A stretch of 64,000 nt of DNA. Origin: Chrysomallon squamiferum (taxonomy: Eukaryota; Animalia; Mollusca). The stretch spans positions 868,001 to 932,000 of the forward strand of contig CM022672.1 of the NCBI GenBank assembly GCA_012295275.1. The letters run 5' to 3'. Of the stretch, positions 46,959 to 61,110 are shown in pieces (the first letter of the stretch is position 1; the number at the start of each line of letters is the position of its first letter). The notes below the pieces were generated by a model, which made no database searches, was not told the DNA's origin, and saw nothing but the letters and a program-made list of their open reading frames with translations. Both the position numbers and the translations under genes were made by a program.

Positions 46959-49900
46959 TTTAGTAAATATTAATAACGTAAGAAATAATTGTTATATACA
47001 GGATTTTGCTAAATAAATAGTGATTTGACTAAAAGAAAACTCTTAAAAATGAGATTACAGTTAATTTGTACAAAATATTAATAAATAAGACTTGTCGAAA
47101 AAACAAAAAATAAATAAATGATTAAATGAATGAATGAATGAATGAACGAACGAATGAATAATCAATAATGAAAATTACCAGATTTCACCTGTTCACCCAT
47201 CACTCTGGACACTTCTTTCATGACTGCTGTTCCCGTGGACGGGTCAATGGCGCCGTACACCCAGGCGTCGTGGTGGTTGCCAAACATAACATATCTGTCT
47301 GAAACACGTAAACAAGCTTAAATGTGTGTGTCTGTGTGTGTGTGTAGTTGTTTGTATGTGTGTGTGTATGTCTGTGTATTTGTATGTGTTTTATCGTTTG
47401 TGTGTGCGTTTGTGTGTGTGTGTTTTGTGTGTGTGTGTGTGTGTTTTGTGTGTGGGTGTGGGTGTTTATGTGTGTGGGTGTGGGTGTGTATATGTGTGTA
47501 TGTGTGTGAATGAAAGCAAGTTTAGAATCAAACATAGAATATTTAATAAATAGTTTAAACACTGAATATTTAAAGCATGTTTAGATGTGTGTCTATAAGC
47601 AGTGTAGAATATTTAATAAAAATTTTACCTGGCTCTACCGCTCCCCTGATTATTCCAATGACATTGACCGCTTTCCTAGTGACGTAATTTGTAGAGATGT
47701 CCATTTGTATCTTCCTATAACAGTGTAAATATAACTTAAACTGATCCAGAGCTTACAGCAATACGTGAAATGTTGTCTTTTGTCATTTCAGATACGTACA
47801 GATCACCAGACACCGTAGACGACATTTAGTTTAAATTTAAATTTATATTTATATAATTAAATTATTTTATTTAATCTCTCCTAAGTAAATGTTGCATATA
47901 AACTTCACAATTTTTAAAATTAAAGTGTTGTCTTCTAGTTCACTGTTCTACCCTATTTTGTTTTTAAATGATTTGTAAACTTGATTACCATGATGAGTTT
48001 TTGAATCTGGTTCCAAGTCTGTACGTTATGTCCAGTCTTCCTCTCCACGCTGCGGGAGCTTCAGGTCCACCTAGTTCTCTGAAACAGACAGAATCAGCGA
48101 AGTGAGGTATAAACTGCTGTCTGTGCATTTAAATACACATCAGCTGTAGATATATTCAGTGAATAAACTGGGGACTACGTATTTAAATACACATCAGCTG
48201 TAGACATATTCAGTGAATAAACTGGGGACTACGTATTTAATTACATATCAGCTGTAGACATATTCAGCTGTAGACGCTACGTATTTAATCAGCTGTAGAC
48301 GTATTCAGTGAATAAACTGTGGAGTACGTATTTAAATACATATCAGCTGTAGATATAATCAGTGAATAAACTGTGGAGTACGTATTTAATTACATATCAG
48401 CTGTAGACATATTCAGTGAATAAACTGTGGACTACGTATTTAAATACATATCAGCTGTAGATATAATCAGTGAATAAACTGTGGACTACGTATTTAATTA
48501 CACATCAGCTGTAGACATATTCAGTGAATAAACTGTGGACTACGTATTTAATTACATATCAGCTGTAGACATATTCAGTGAATAAACTGTGGACTACGTA
48601 TTTAAATACACATCAGCTGTAGACATATTCAGTGAATAAACTGTGGAGTGAATAAACATATTCAGGGGACTACGTATTTAATTACATATCAGCTGTAGAC
48701 GTATTCAGTGAATAAACTGTGGACTACGTATTTAATTACATAGCTGTAGACATATTCAGTGACATATAAGCTGTAGACATATTCAGTGAATAAACTGGGG
48801 ACTACGTATTTAATTACATATCAGCTGTAGACATATTCAGTGAATAAACTGGGGACTACGTATTTAATTACACATCAGCTGTAGACATATTCAGTGAATA
48901 AACTGTGGAGTACGTATTTAATTACACATCAGCTGTAGACATATTCAGTGAATAAACTGTGGAGTACGTATTTAATTACATATCAGCTGTAGACATAATC
49001 AGTGAATAAACTGTGGAGTACGTATTCAATTACATATCAGCTGTAGACATAATCAGTGAATAAACTGTGGAATAAACTGGGTGGAGTATGTATTCAATTA
49101 CAGCTGTAGACATATTCAGTGAATAAATCAGCATCAGCTGTAGACATATTCAGTGAATAAACTGTGGTACGTATTCAATTACATATCTGTAGACATATTC
49201 AGTGATTCAGACATATTCAGTGAATAAACTGTGGAGTACGTATTCAATTACATATCAGCTGTAGACATATTCAGTGAATAAACTGTGGAGTACGTATTCA
49301 ATTACATATCAGCTGTAGACATATTCAGTGAATAAACTGTGGAGTACGTCACAACGTTCTGCCATGACGTTCACCAAACACTGACGACTATTAGTTATAC
49401 CAGCAAACAACGTTACGCAAGAAATGACACAGCAAGGGCAGTAAGTTTACCTGAGAAGTTTTTCTGCGATTCCGTATCCAATAGGATGAGCGGGGATACT
49501 GGGTAGAGGCGGGTGAGTCGTATTCACTGTGTACCTGTAGGCAGTATCTGTGAACACACAAAACGTATTTCAAATTATATAAAACACCATGACTGGCGTT
49601 AATGTAATCTCCCAGTTAATTATTGAAAATACGTACCAAATAGTCTATTCATTATTTGAAGTTGTACACTGCCACCAGTGATAGAATATTAACACATTTA
49701 TTCAGTTTAATGCAGTATATTTACTTTGTAAAAAAAAAAAAAAAAATATTACAATGACTCTCAAAAATCCTTTTAAACTGTTTTGAAGAAAGCTTGTTTG
49801 TGATTACACTCGCTGTGAGTCTGTTTCACGATAATTTCAGATAAATGATTACCTAAAGACGGGTAATCCGGTGTCAGGGGGTCGCCGTGTCCTATGTAGA

Positions 49901-52600
49901 TTGTTCCCCTCTGTGCGCCTGACGGGGGCAACCACCACGTTTCAGGGTACACGCGTTTATCACCTGTCCAGGTGTAGTCTGCGGGGTCCGAGTACAAAAT
50001 AACACCCACAGCGCCGCGATCCTCTGCAATTTTCACCTGAAAACACGAGAAACAAACTCACCAACAACGTACAGCAGTAGCTACTTCAGGAAGACGATCT
50101 AAATGTAGTTACACATTTTTAAAAAATTGTATTTAATTAATCTAAAACAGATCATTATATTAACAAATAAAGTAATAGTATCTGTGTGTGTGTATGTGTG
50201 TGTTTGTGTGTGTGTGTGTGAGCTAAATATATTTTGTACAGTTACAAATGATCATGTTGTTTATAAAAACAATACTATGCAAATCATAAAATAGTGATTA
50301 CCAAAGAGCTATATGCAGATTCTGTGTTCTTTTCGTTTTTTTTTCTCGTGTTTCTAACGTTATCTAAGTGTAATAAACCAGAAAGTAAACTACTCTACAC
50401 TAACTCATTTTAATTTTGTCAAAACGTAACTCTGTGTGCAAAAACATCCTCCTTCTGTAACCATCATTCTCTGTATTTAATAAAGATAGGTTCAAGTGAA
50501 ACAAAAACAATAAAGAAATAACAAAGCACTACTGAAACGTCATTAGCGTCACAATCAATTAAAGAAAATATATACAAAAAAAATTATTATATTTTATTTT
50601 GCTTAGAAATTTTGTTCTAACAAACGGTCCAAACTTAATGCGTAACAGTTTCATATTTCTTTACGCACATGACATTCAAAATGACGTGTTAGCTTTGTTT
50701 AAGCTGTTTACCTTACTTCCTCTGAATATTCTTCCATATCGCACTATTACGATCTTCCCCTCCACTGAGATAGAAAAATTGTTTTTGAGGACGTTGTAGT
50801 CCTCCACACGGCCGTAGTTGACGTACACAAGTTCATTCTGTAAACAGAAAATAATTTATTTAATAATCGTATTTCTAAAACAAACATCTGCAGTACTCAG
50901 TTCAGTTGTATTCCTACTCCTATACAAAATCTTTCTTCAGAATGTGTGTTTTTATACCTCTTAGTCGTAGAATAAAAAATTATAAATCTGGTATAAAAAT
51001 ATTCGCTGAATTCATCGCCTTTTCTCATCCAGTGAAAATTACCAAATGTATTTATCTCCCGTAATTCTTAGAGTAATATATATATTTTTACTGCATTCAT
51101 TTACGTCCTGCATAGGAAATTCATACATACAAAGGCCACTAAACATTGACTTTTGCCACATCAAATACGTTCGTGACAACTTCCAATAGTTTTGGATTTC
51201 GAAGTCAAAAGTCTTTCTAATTTATTTTCTGTTGAAACAATCTTATATATTATTATCGCCTGAACACATGTTCATAAATCAGTGAAACAGCGGTAGAACT
51301 GTGTTATTTATCTGAGCTATTTCATAGCTGAATCATCTGCTGAATATTAATTATCTGGAAACTTTAATTCTAATTTTCTGAAGTAAAAAACACATAATCT
51401 AAAATTTAATATTTTATCATTAAAAAAAAAAAAAAAAATGATTATTATAAATTAAAAATTAGCAGCAACAAAAAGTAATACTAATAAAAAAAATAAATAA
51501 ATAAATAAAAACACATCATTAATTTACAATTTCTAAAAAAAAAAAAAAAAAATAATAATGTTCGATTTGAAACTCCATTATAGTCTCTCAAAATCAGCCG
51601 TTTAAAGATTCAGTACTTGTTTTTTCAATATGAATTAGACTGTACTGTCCTGTCAAACAGTAGCTGGTTACCTTGGTAACGATACCAGGGGGCGAAAAAG
51701 CATTGAAGGGAGGTACAACGTCTGGTTGGTCTATTCCTGTCAAGTTAGCCTCTCTCTCGGGTGACTGGTAAATCACGTGATTGCTATCGTCCAATAGTCG
51801 AATGAAGTTTGGATGTTTCTTGTCTGGCGCTGACAGCAACACGTCATAGGAGGCGAGTCTGACGTCATCGAAACCAACATTCAACCAGAACTGTTTGAGG
51901 TCTTTCGCTTGTTGGATATCGACTGGAGTCCCAGCCAGATGTGGCCTTGCAGACAGTTCTCTGAAAATAATTTTAATATCAATATTACTAGACACCAAAT
52001 AAAACGCGAAAACACACACTAACACACACACGCGCGCACACATACAGACAGAGAAACGCACTCACTGAAATAAAACTGCACTATTTTAATGAAATACGCA
52101 AGTAATTTTCTAAATTTGTTAAAATTTTCTTCTTGTCATTTAACATTCAGCGTTTCACATCTGTTAAAAAGGCAGATATTTCGTTTGACATCAGGAGATC
52201 AACTGGTTTCAGTTTCTTACTTAAGATGTTTTTCAGTGTTTGTATTCTTCACCTCGTCACTGGAAACATCAAAAATCACAGTGACTGACGTGTATTTCTT
52301 TACACCTGTCCCTGTCGTTCTGATCCTCTAACAGAAAATTCAGTCACATGTCACAGCTCTACGTAGGGAAGCCATATTTCGTATTTTTTTTCTTTTCTGT
52401 GGCGGAAACATCCACGCAATTATTGATCGCCAATAAAGAAAGAAAAAAAAAAAAGAAAGAAGAAAAAAAATACAAGAAAGGAAAAAACTGGCAACTTTTT
52501 GTTGTTATAAAAAGGAAACCTTACTTAAAACAAATGTGGAATTTCGTTTAATTTGGGAAATATCCGTTCTGTAATTGTGTATTGTTATTCTGTTGCCTTC

Positions 52601-52636
<36 letters not shown>

Positions 52637-53992
52637 TTATTATTATTATTTTACATATAAAATCTGTATCTTATAAGTTTTGATAAACATTTTTTTTCCC
52701 ATGATAATAAAAAAAAAATATTTCTTTTCTGTGGAGCTCTTTATTGTTGAAAAAAAAAAAAAATATATATATATATATGTATGTAGACACACATGATATT
52801 CCAATCCTGCCAGTTAGTATTATTTTACACCAGTTTAAAGACAAGTGATACTAAAGAAATAAGACATTATCGTCACGGTGCTGTGTAGATGACAAAGCTG
52901 GGAAGAAAAATCTCGGATAAAAAATAGCTGTTTTTATTGCACGAGCACGTAATAATGAAATAAAACACTTTGAACGCGCCACGTAAAATCTGTCAGTAAA
53001 ACTAAAACAATTTAATGTAGAAATTTAATAGGTGTTTTTTAGTTTAACAGAACAGACACGTAATACCGGTCAACTAAACTTTCATTTTCCTACATAACCT
53101 TTTACTTCAGTTATCATATTTGCGAAAAACGTGTTGCATAAAGTTCTTGCGTAAAACAAATACATTTGATACCCTAGTTACAAACGTTCAAATACTCAGA
53201 GTGTATTTCCTGTAATAAATAACATCGGTAACTTTCAGTACTCTGCACAACGCGCTAGAGTTTGTTTCTGTTACAAATGACTATTTTTTTTTCACCAGTT
53301 TTCACGAGAGTGTTGCGTTATATGTCAGCTTAGGCGACGACGCATTAACATGACATTTAGAACTACAGCAGAGAGCTAATCGTTAGCAGACCTACATTAT
53401 TAGATCACCAACAATTTTACACATATTTAAAACACGTTTTTATATTTTAAGAAAGTTTCATTTTGATACCTGCGTGTGTGTGTGCGTGCGCGCATACTAA
53501 CCCGATCATGGATAATTTCACAGAACTGTTATTACACTGGTGTGTTTACAGTGAATGTCTAACACGTGTGTGCGGTCACTTAGAAAACTGCCAGCAGAAA
53601 CAGATAAACAAATAAGAGAAAGATGAAGAAAACGTGCGAACGAGCAAGTAAAAAGAATAACAGAAACAAAAACTTTTTTATTATTATTATTGTTATTATT
53701 ATAACAATAATAATAGTAATAGTAGTAGCAGTAAACAAACCAACAAAAAAAAAAAAAAAATTAACACGGAAAAGAAAAAAAATACTGCGGTGTATTGTCC
53801 AGGCAATAATGCTTTACTAACAAAATTCATATGATAAACTCTTCTCATGTTTAACTCGTCGTTGTAAGCCGCAGTATTAAATGTATTTTAACAGAATGCA
53901 CTGCCACAGTTACACTTCAAACAGTGTCTACATTTAAACACTTCCAGCACAATGTTAATTACAGTGACCAGAACGTAGAGAGAGACCAGAAC

Positions 53993-54073
<81 letters not shown>

Positions 54074-54369
54074 CAGTTTTTGAATTTTTATTTCAAACTA
54101 AATGATGTAAACAAGAAATGAACTGTTACTTACCTGAGATACTTTTCAATGTTTGTGTTTTTGATCTCGTTAATTAAAACGTCAGAAATCTCCGAGTCTC
54201 CGTCGCTGACAAGACGCTGGGAAACTCCCGGCAGAAACAAACCGTCTGACCGAGTTTCCGGACAGGTCCCGAACCGCCCTATAAGTATTCCTACAACAAA
54301 TCCAGTCACTATGGCAACAGCTGAAATTAAAATAAGTTTCCTCGTAGCAGACGTCCACTTGGAGGCCAT
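40659..54369 (-). CDS. M28B metallopeptidase, glutamate carboxypeptidase II / NAALADase-like type II membrane protein (761 aa, 18 exons)
   Basis: Exons 54369-54134, 51960-51672, 50837-50712, 50036-49853, 49547-49451, 48078-47989, 47714-47629, 47298-47179, 46335-46250, 45808-45745, 45219-45152, 44747-44635, 44003-43913, 43530-43441, 43099-42934, 42318-42237, 41946-41854, 40863-40659; all GT-AG, phase-consistent, 2286 nt. N-terminal TM, PHLAG, PA domain (YVNYG...[10 protein letters not shown]...YSDPADY...GDPLTP), Zn-site motifs [35 protein letters not shown], and a TfR-like dimerisation domain ([19 protein letters not shown]). Confidence 0.95.
41005..41783. repeat. 15-bp minisatellite (TACAGTGTTATGATA)n, ~52 units
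   Basis: Perfect-phase 15-mers with recurring variants (TGATA/TAGTA/AAGTA) in the last intron of the peptidase gene. Confidence 0.97.
46338..46910. repeat. 85-bp minisatellite, ~6.5 units, starting at the exon-9 acceptor
   Basis: GTAAAAATAAACAGTTCTCA.ATTAACTATAAAACATGATTGTAATAAGTGTAAAACTTTGAATGAAATCTATCACACTGTTGAT repeats with 85-86-bp period. Confidence 0.95.
48107..49348. repeat. 54-bp minisatellite (GTGAATAAACTGTGGACTACGTATTTAATTACATATCAGCTGTAGACATATTCA)n, ~23 units
   Basis: Head-to-tail units with a few internal deletions; fills most of peptidase intron 5. Confidence 0.96.
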
Positions 54370-55127
54370 GTTTGTTTTCCAGTAAAAGTTTTCTCACTTT
54401 TATTTTGTTTCACTTAGACAGGGGTGGAAAAAAAAATAAGATAAATAATTAAATCCAGAAGTAATTCGTCGAAATTAAATATTTCATTTAAGTGTTGAGA
54501 CTGCAGAATTTGCGAACAGCTTAACGAAATTAATGACTTATCATCACTTGTTTATAGGTATCCTACGAAATACGACTTTAACTTGAAATGTGCCACCAGT
54601 TTTCCGCTGTTGTTGTTTAGCTAGTCGTGCGGAGGACGGATGATAATAAATGACACAACTGTGTGTTACCTTTTACCCCGCGTGGAAACTAGGCACGTTC
54701 TCGCGATGTTACGGACAGGTTACATAGATCTTAATACGCACTGCAGCTGCTGATACGTGGACGCGTCTTTTCTGCTGATCTTACATAAAAAGATAAGATA
54801 TAGATAAACAGTGCAAACAGCTGCATGTCCACATACAGGCCAGTATTACATTACAACGTTCAAGTTTGAATATAAAATTAATATTTGTTGATTTTAAAGA
54901 CGAACGGTTCTTGTCAAACAAGAAATAACTGGTGACTGTTTGAACAAAGTGTGGCCCTAATCTGCTGAGTACATTATAGTACAGTTCGACCACTTCAGAT
55001 CATAATACTTTAATGTGTTGTTTGTGGCTAATAACGTTAAACACCGTGCGGCCTTGGTCTTTTCGTTATAAACCTTTAACGAAAGTCGGTATTTTATAGT
55101 ATAACATGACCGTTTTTTGTGTAGAGC

Positions 55128-56090
55128 TAATGTTATGTTGAACGCAGACCTACAGGCAACAAAGCAATGACTATAATGTTATGTTGAACGCAGACCCACG
55201 GGAAACAAAGCAGTGACTATAATGTTATGTTGAACGCAGACCTACAGGAAACAAAGCAGTGACTATAATGTTATGTTGAATGCAAACCTATAGGAAACAA
55301 ACCAGTGACTATAATGTTATGTTGAACGCAGACCCACAGGAAACAAAGCAGTGACAATAATGTTATGCTGAACGCAGACCTACAGGAAACAAAGCAGTGA
55401 CTATAATGTTATGTTGAACGCAGACCTACAGGAAACAAAGCAGTGACTATAATGTTATGTTGAACGCAGACCCACGGGAAACAAAGCAGTGACAATAATG
55501 TTATGTTGAACGCAGACCTACAGGAAACAAAGCAGTGACTATAATGTTATGTTGAACGCAGACCTACAGGAAACAAAGCAGTGACTATAATGTTATGTTG
55601 AATGCAAACCTATAGGAAACAAAGCAGTGACTATAATGTTATGTTGAACGATGACCTGCAGGAAACAAAGCAGTGACGACTATAATGTTATGTTGAACGA
55701 TGACCTGCAGGAAACAAAGCAGTGACAATAATGTTATGTTGAACACAGACCTACAGGAAACAAAGCAATGACTATAATGTTATGTTGAACGATGACCTGC
55801 AGGAAACAAAGCAGTGACTATAATGTTATGTTGAACACAGACCTACAGGAAACAAAGCAATGACTATAAGGTTGAACATGAAGGAAACAAAGCATGACTA
55901 TAATGTTATGTTGAACGATACAGGAAACAAACCAGACCTAGAGGAAACAAAGCAGTGACTATAATGTTATGTTGAACGCAGACCTACAGGAAACAAAGCA
56001 GTGACTATAATGTTATGTTGAACGCAGACCTACAGGAAACAAAGCAGTGACTATAATGTTATGTTGAACGATGACCTGCAGGAAACAAAT
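55128..56090. repeat. 46-bp minisatellite (AATGTTATGTTGAACGCAGACCTACAGGAAACAAAGCAGTGACTAT)n, ~21 units
   Basis: Tandem units with no spacers, ~0.8 kb upstream of the peptidase ATG. Confidence 0.96.
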
Positions 56091-57581
56091 CGGTGAAATC
56101 TGTAATTAAAATGCAGCCGATGCCTGTGTAAAGCCGACTATTAATGACACATCTGATCATTCTTGATGACTATTTGGTATCCATTCTGAAATTATAGTTA
56201 TTATAAAGTATGCATTGTCTTTCTTCGAAATGAACACAGAAAAAATGATTCAAAAAATAAATATTAATAATACACATACTGAGTTTTTAATCGATTCTGT
56301 AGTGATTTAATATGGATCTTTCCACATAATAAACATGCGTGTTTTCTCCTCTTCCCCCCCCCCCCATTAAAAACTAAAAAAGGTACTTCTTGAATCGGGA
56401 AAGGGACAAGACAGATCGCCGTTCAGGGTTGATCCTGTCAGCCTTTCACATCCTAGTTGAGCACGTCAACTCGGCTGCAGTCAGACAGGTGCTGTTGACT
56501 TCTTGAAGTGTGTGATAAACTCAATACTACTGTACTTGAATCGTGCTGGGTCGATTTGGTTGCTTTCGCCTTTCATCTCATTTTTACTAAAACAAAGAAA
56601 ATCAGTCAACCAAAAGAAACTAATGAGCGACAGGTGTTCGTTAACTTATAAGTTAATTAGTATTGAGCTAATTACACTGTGCAGAAAATACGATAACTAT
56701 AACGACGAAAAAAGAGCAAGAAAAATATTTAACAAGTAATGCATAGATTACAATAAAAATAATAATAACAAGAAGAAGACGAAGATAAATAAATAAATAA
56801 GTAGTTGCAGCTGATGTACGACGTAATTATAGACCACTACAAACAACAGAAGAGGATGTATCTTCGAACCAAGTAGGAAAGTAATTTAGAATGTTGGTAG
56901 TGTGTGAAGTAGGTAACAAGAAATCAATAAAAAGGGTAAAATGTATTTGCTAACAACACCCTAACCTGTTTAGTCCCCAAACACTACAAACATGATCACA
57001 AATTTGAAATTACTCTGAAGATTAGGTTATCTGTAAGTGTACACATGTACACTCGATGTTTTATGCTCTATCTAAATACATTTTAAGAGCCTTTTAACCT
57101 AACACTGCATTAATTTAAAGATTTAAAATAAACCGAATAATAAACTTGTCAAAATGATAAGCAGAGGTGAACGTTTCTTGTTAACAGTTAAGCGGTTAAG
57201 AAGGGGCTGTCAGCGCTGTGTGAGATCTCGAGTAGAAACCCGTCTTACTCAGATTACGTTTTAATGATTATAACAATGCTGTAACGTGCGATATCAAAAT
57301 CGAATTTTATTCCAACACCCGCCTTTAATCAGAAATCAGAAATTTTAATCCGTCAAATTAACAACAAAACCAAGATATCCTGTTTTTATTGCATCATAAC
57401 AGATAGAACATTTTTACATTTTTACAATTTTGATCTTCTTTTTTTTTCCATTAAGAAAATATGACAACTTTGCAGAGGTAAAATCTTTTTGTTATTTGTT
57501 AATTTCTTTTTTTCTCATTATATCAACACACACGCAAAAACAGATACATACACACACAAACACATAAACAAACACAAACAA

Positions 57582-57620
<39 letters not shown>

Positions 57621-58059
57621 CACACACACATATTCATACATACATAGACAATACGCTCACACAACAACATGTTAAGAACAGTTTACAAGAAGACCAAAGT
57701 TGCTGATTCTTTGTCGTGACTTCTAATCTTGTATTTGCTTTCTTAATATATTTTTTCGATATTAAACTATTTTAAGTTATTAGTACAAGTTTAATTATCC
57801 GCTTCCTGCAATTAGTACTTCTCCGATTGATTTTCTGTCATTGTAGAAACAGCCTGGGTTTAAAACGTTTGTGCCATTTCGAGTTTGTTTCGGACAAACA
57901 GCTCACAACAACAGGACAGAAATATATTCTAATATAAAACAACAGAGAAGTATATTTTTATCTAAACAGCAGAGAATTATATTTCCATGTAAAAGAGTAG
58001 ACAAGTATATTTTTCATATAAAACAGCAGACAAGATTATTTTATTTGTAAAACACCACC

Positions 58060-59007
58060 ATGACAAACAACAGTTCGCAGATAAACAGTGGCGAGTTACT
58101 TAAAACAAGCTCGATTCAGATTCTTTTGGTTCTCCAAGCGACAGCTGTTCCAATCATTGTGTGTGGAAACGTTCTCATCATTGTGGCAGTCCTCCGTTAC
58201 AGAAACATGAGATACGCCAGCAACATGATGATAATGTCGCTCGCCTTCGCAGACATGTTGATGGGTGGCGTGTATCTGCCACTGAAGATTCTACTCTTGG
58301 TTCGAAACGATCTTTTCTCTGCACGAACATCGTGTGTGTGTAATGCTTTTTTGTCTTTCTTTTGTGTTTGCTGCGCCATGAATTTTCTGTCACTGATTTC
58401 CATTGAAAGATTCTACGCCGTTCAGTTCCCGTTTCACTACCATTCCCACATGACAGTTACTCGCAGTTTGATTTACAGTGGACTGACTGTCACCATCACC
58501 TTAATCCTGTCATTACCAAGTCTGTTTGGCATCGACACTTGGAGGCCTCGAACAGGTTGTTTCACATCTAAAATCATGCCACGTAATTACACTTGGAGTA
58601 TCGTGGGAATCATTTTTTTCATATCACTTGCTGGATTTTTCGCCTTCTTGCGGGTCATGGTGGCGGAGATCAGTGTGAGAATTCGCGACCAGTCCAGAAA
58701 CATGACGGAGACGAGGAAACAGGACTCAGTGAAATCTACTTTGATGTTGACTGTTTATGTTTTCTCTATGATGTGTTGGCTTCCTCAGTTAGCCTACACG
58801 AGTCTTTCTGTGTTTGACCCTGGAAAGGTCACACTTGTTGGTTTAGTGTCTGTGTCTTTCCTCGGCATATGCAGCTCGGGAATTAACTGTTTCATCTACG
58901 GAATAAAACACAGCAAATTCCGTGCTGCTTTCAGGAACATATTTGGCTGCAAGAGTGCCTCTGTCGATGTGGAATCTGAAATGAATACAGTGCACACTAC
59001 AGCTTAG
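58060..59007 (+). CDS. Intronless class A (rhodopsin-family) orphan GPCR, 315 aa
   Basis: Seven hydrophobic segments; GN (TM1), SLAFADM (TM2), Cys at top of TM3, ERF, ECL2 Cys, CWLP (TM6), NCFIYG (TM7), FRAAF helix 8; N-terminal sequon NSS. Confidence 0.95.
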   Translation: MTNNSSQINSGELLKTSSIQILLVLQATAVPIIVCGNVLIIVAVLRYRNMRYASNMMIMSLAFADMLMGGVYLPLKILLLVRNDLFSARTSCVCNAFLSFFCVCCAMNFLSLISIERFYAVQFPFHYHSHMTVTRSLIYSGLTVTITLILSLPSLFGIDTWRPRTGCFTSKIMPRNYTWSIVGIIFFISLAGFFAFLRVMVAEISVRIRDQSRNMTETRKQDSVKSTLMLTVYVFSMMCWLPQLAYTSLSVFDPGKVTLVGLVSVSFLGICSSGINCFIYGIKHSKFRAAFRNIFGCKSASVDVESEMNTVHTTA

Positions 59008-60174
59008 ACGAAGCCAGTGAACCTGACCTGAATTTGACAATGAAACTGTTTTAAAGATTTTTAGTCATATTTATTAAATAGCCAGGATTTTTTTTTTTTT
59101 TTTTTTTTTTACAGAAAACTTTAGAAATGATTTCGTTGATGTGAGAAAAGCACAAATACAATATAATATTGTTTAAAAAAATGTATAAACTATAAATGTG
59201 AATATCACAGTCATACCTTTATCTACTTTCTTTTTCTCTTTGTCTTCTCTATTGAACTCTGTTATAATATAAATATTAGCATAAAATATTGTAATAAAAT
59301 AAGATGAATTAATTAATAGTTAAAGTTTGTCTTGATGGAGAACATATATTAATAATCACTTATTTAATAGTATACGTTTATTCATTTATTTTAATTGAAT
59401 CCTTAAAGGAAATCGCTATATTCTGCACATGAAGAGAACTTGTATCAACAGTTATATAGAGATCATGCTGGGAAATAGACAAATGATGTGTGTATCTGTG
59501 GGTGCGTGTGTGTGTGTATGTGTGTGTGTATGTGTGTGTGTGTGTATGTGTGTGTTTAGGGCAGGGTACGTGGAAACCTGAAAAGATTCTGGGGCTGGGC
59601 TGTGCCTGTTAACATGATATATCTGAAACAGTTTTTGACGGTAACTAAATCATTATGATAAAATTTATATGCTACACGGATCCTCTGACAAAAAAATCTT
59701 CAAATGCGAGACAATTGCTGCTGTCTGAATTAGACGGAAAGCCAGTAAAACTAATTTGTAGATTTTAATTTGTGTTGCTGGTTTCATACATTTCTATATT
59801 ATCTACTTCCGTCACTTTTTAATGAACGCACGTGTTAATAAATTTCCTGACATCAGAGGTCAATACACTTTAACTGTAGGTCAAGAAGACGTTGTCGAAG
59901 GTCATTTGTACTCACAGCGTTACCTCGATCAGTGGGGACGTGTTCTGCGTTCGGTACGCAGTAGATATCCTCTGTGACACCACGAAGTTTTTGTAGTAAT
60001 TACAATGAAAAAGAAATATAAATGTTCACTTATAATAAACTCGTCAAATAACAAAAATTCATTCACAGCTTTCTTTTAACTGTGTCAATGAACACCTTAT
60101 GTCTTACTGTTACATCAATTTAAATAATAATAATAACAATAATAATGATAATAACAATATCAATAACAACAACA

Positions 60175-60220
<46 letters not shown>

Positions 60221-60569
60221 GACAGAGAAAAAAAAAGACATCAATAAAAATAATCTGCTTAATGAATTCTCATAGTTCAAAGGTATTTTGTGAGTTACAG
60301 TTAAATAAATAAATAAATAAAACATTTGTGTGTCTGAATTGTTAAAAATAATAATGAAATGCTTGTGTGGAAGAAACCTATCTATTGTTAGGCCTATCTT
60401 AAAACACACAAAAACAATATATAAATAAATAAGTAAATAAATATAAATAAATAAATAAATAATAAATGAAAAATGTTAAAAAGTAATAAAATAAAATAAA
60501 ATAAAACGAGGAAAACAAAATAATAAATTAATTAATTACAAAGCTAACATCATTGCCACATAAAATAAG

Positions 60570-60600
<31 letters not shown>

Positions 60601-60829
60601 AATGTTTCTCTCTCAGAAGTATAACATGTACTGTTATGACTATCTTAAAAGAAACAACAAACAAAAAAATAATAATAATAAATATATAAAATAATAATTA
60701 TAAATAAATAAAAAATTAAAAGTAATTAAAGAAAAGAAAAGGAAACCAGGAAAATAATAAAAAATAAATAAATAAATAAAAAATAGCACTGCACGACATT
60801 GCCACACCCAGTTTACTATAGTTGAAATG

Positions 60830-61110
60830 TAGGTCGAGCATCCATTATCCGTAATATCTGAGACCGGAAGTAGCTCCGATTTCGGAATCATCCGGGTTTT
60901 GAAATAAGACGAGGGTGAGATTCAAGTCTAAATACTAAAATTATTTATGTTTATTATATGAATTAAACACAGTGAGATATTCTTAGCAATTCTCTTCAAA
61001 ATCTGTTCGTGACACTGAAACAAAAATAAAGTTTATATAAATAATTTCTATCTTGGCTGGTTAGAGAAAGGTCTCAGATTTGTTAATTTCTGATAAAAAA
61101 AAACAACAAC
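60830..61110. mobile_element. Decayed Tigger4/MER46-like MITE
   Basis: Starts AGGTCGAGCATCCATTATCCG...GACCGGAAGTAGCTCCGATTTCGGA and contains CAAGTCTAAATACTAAAATTATTTATGTTT; the terminus resembles that of 10078-10357; right end degraded. Confidence 0.55.
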
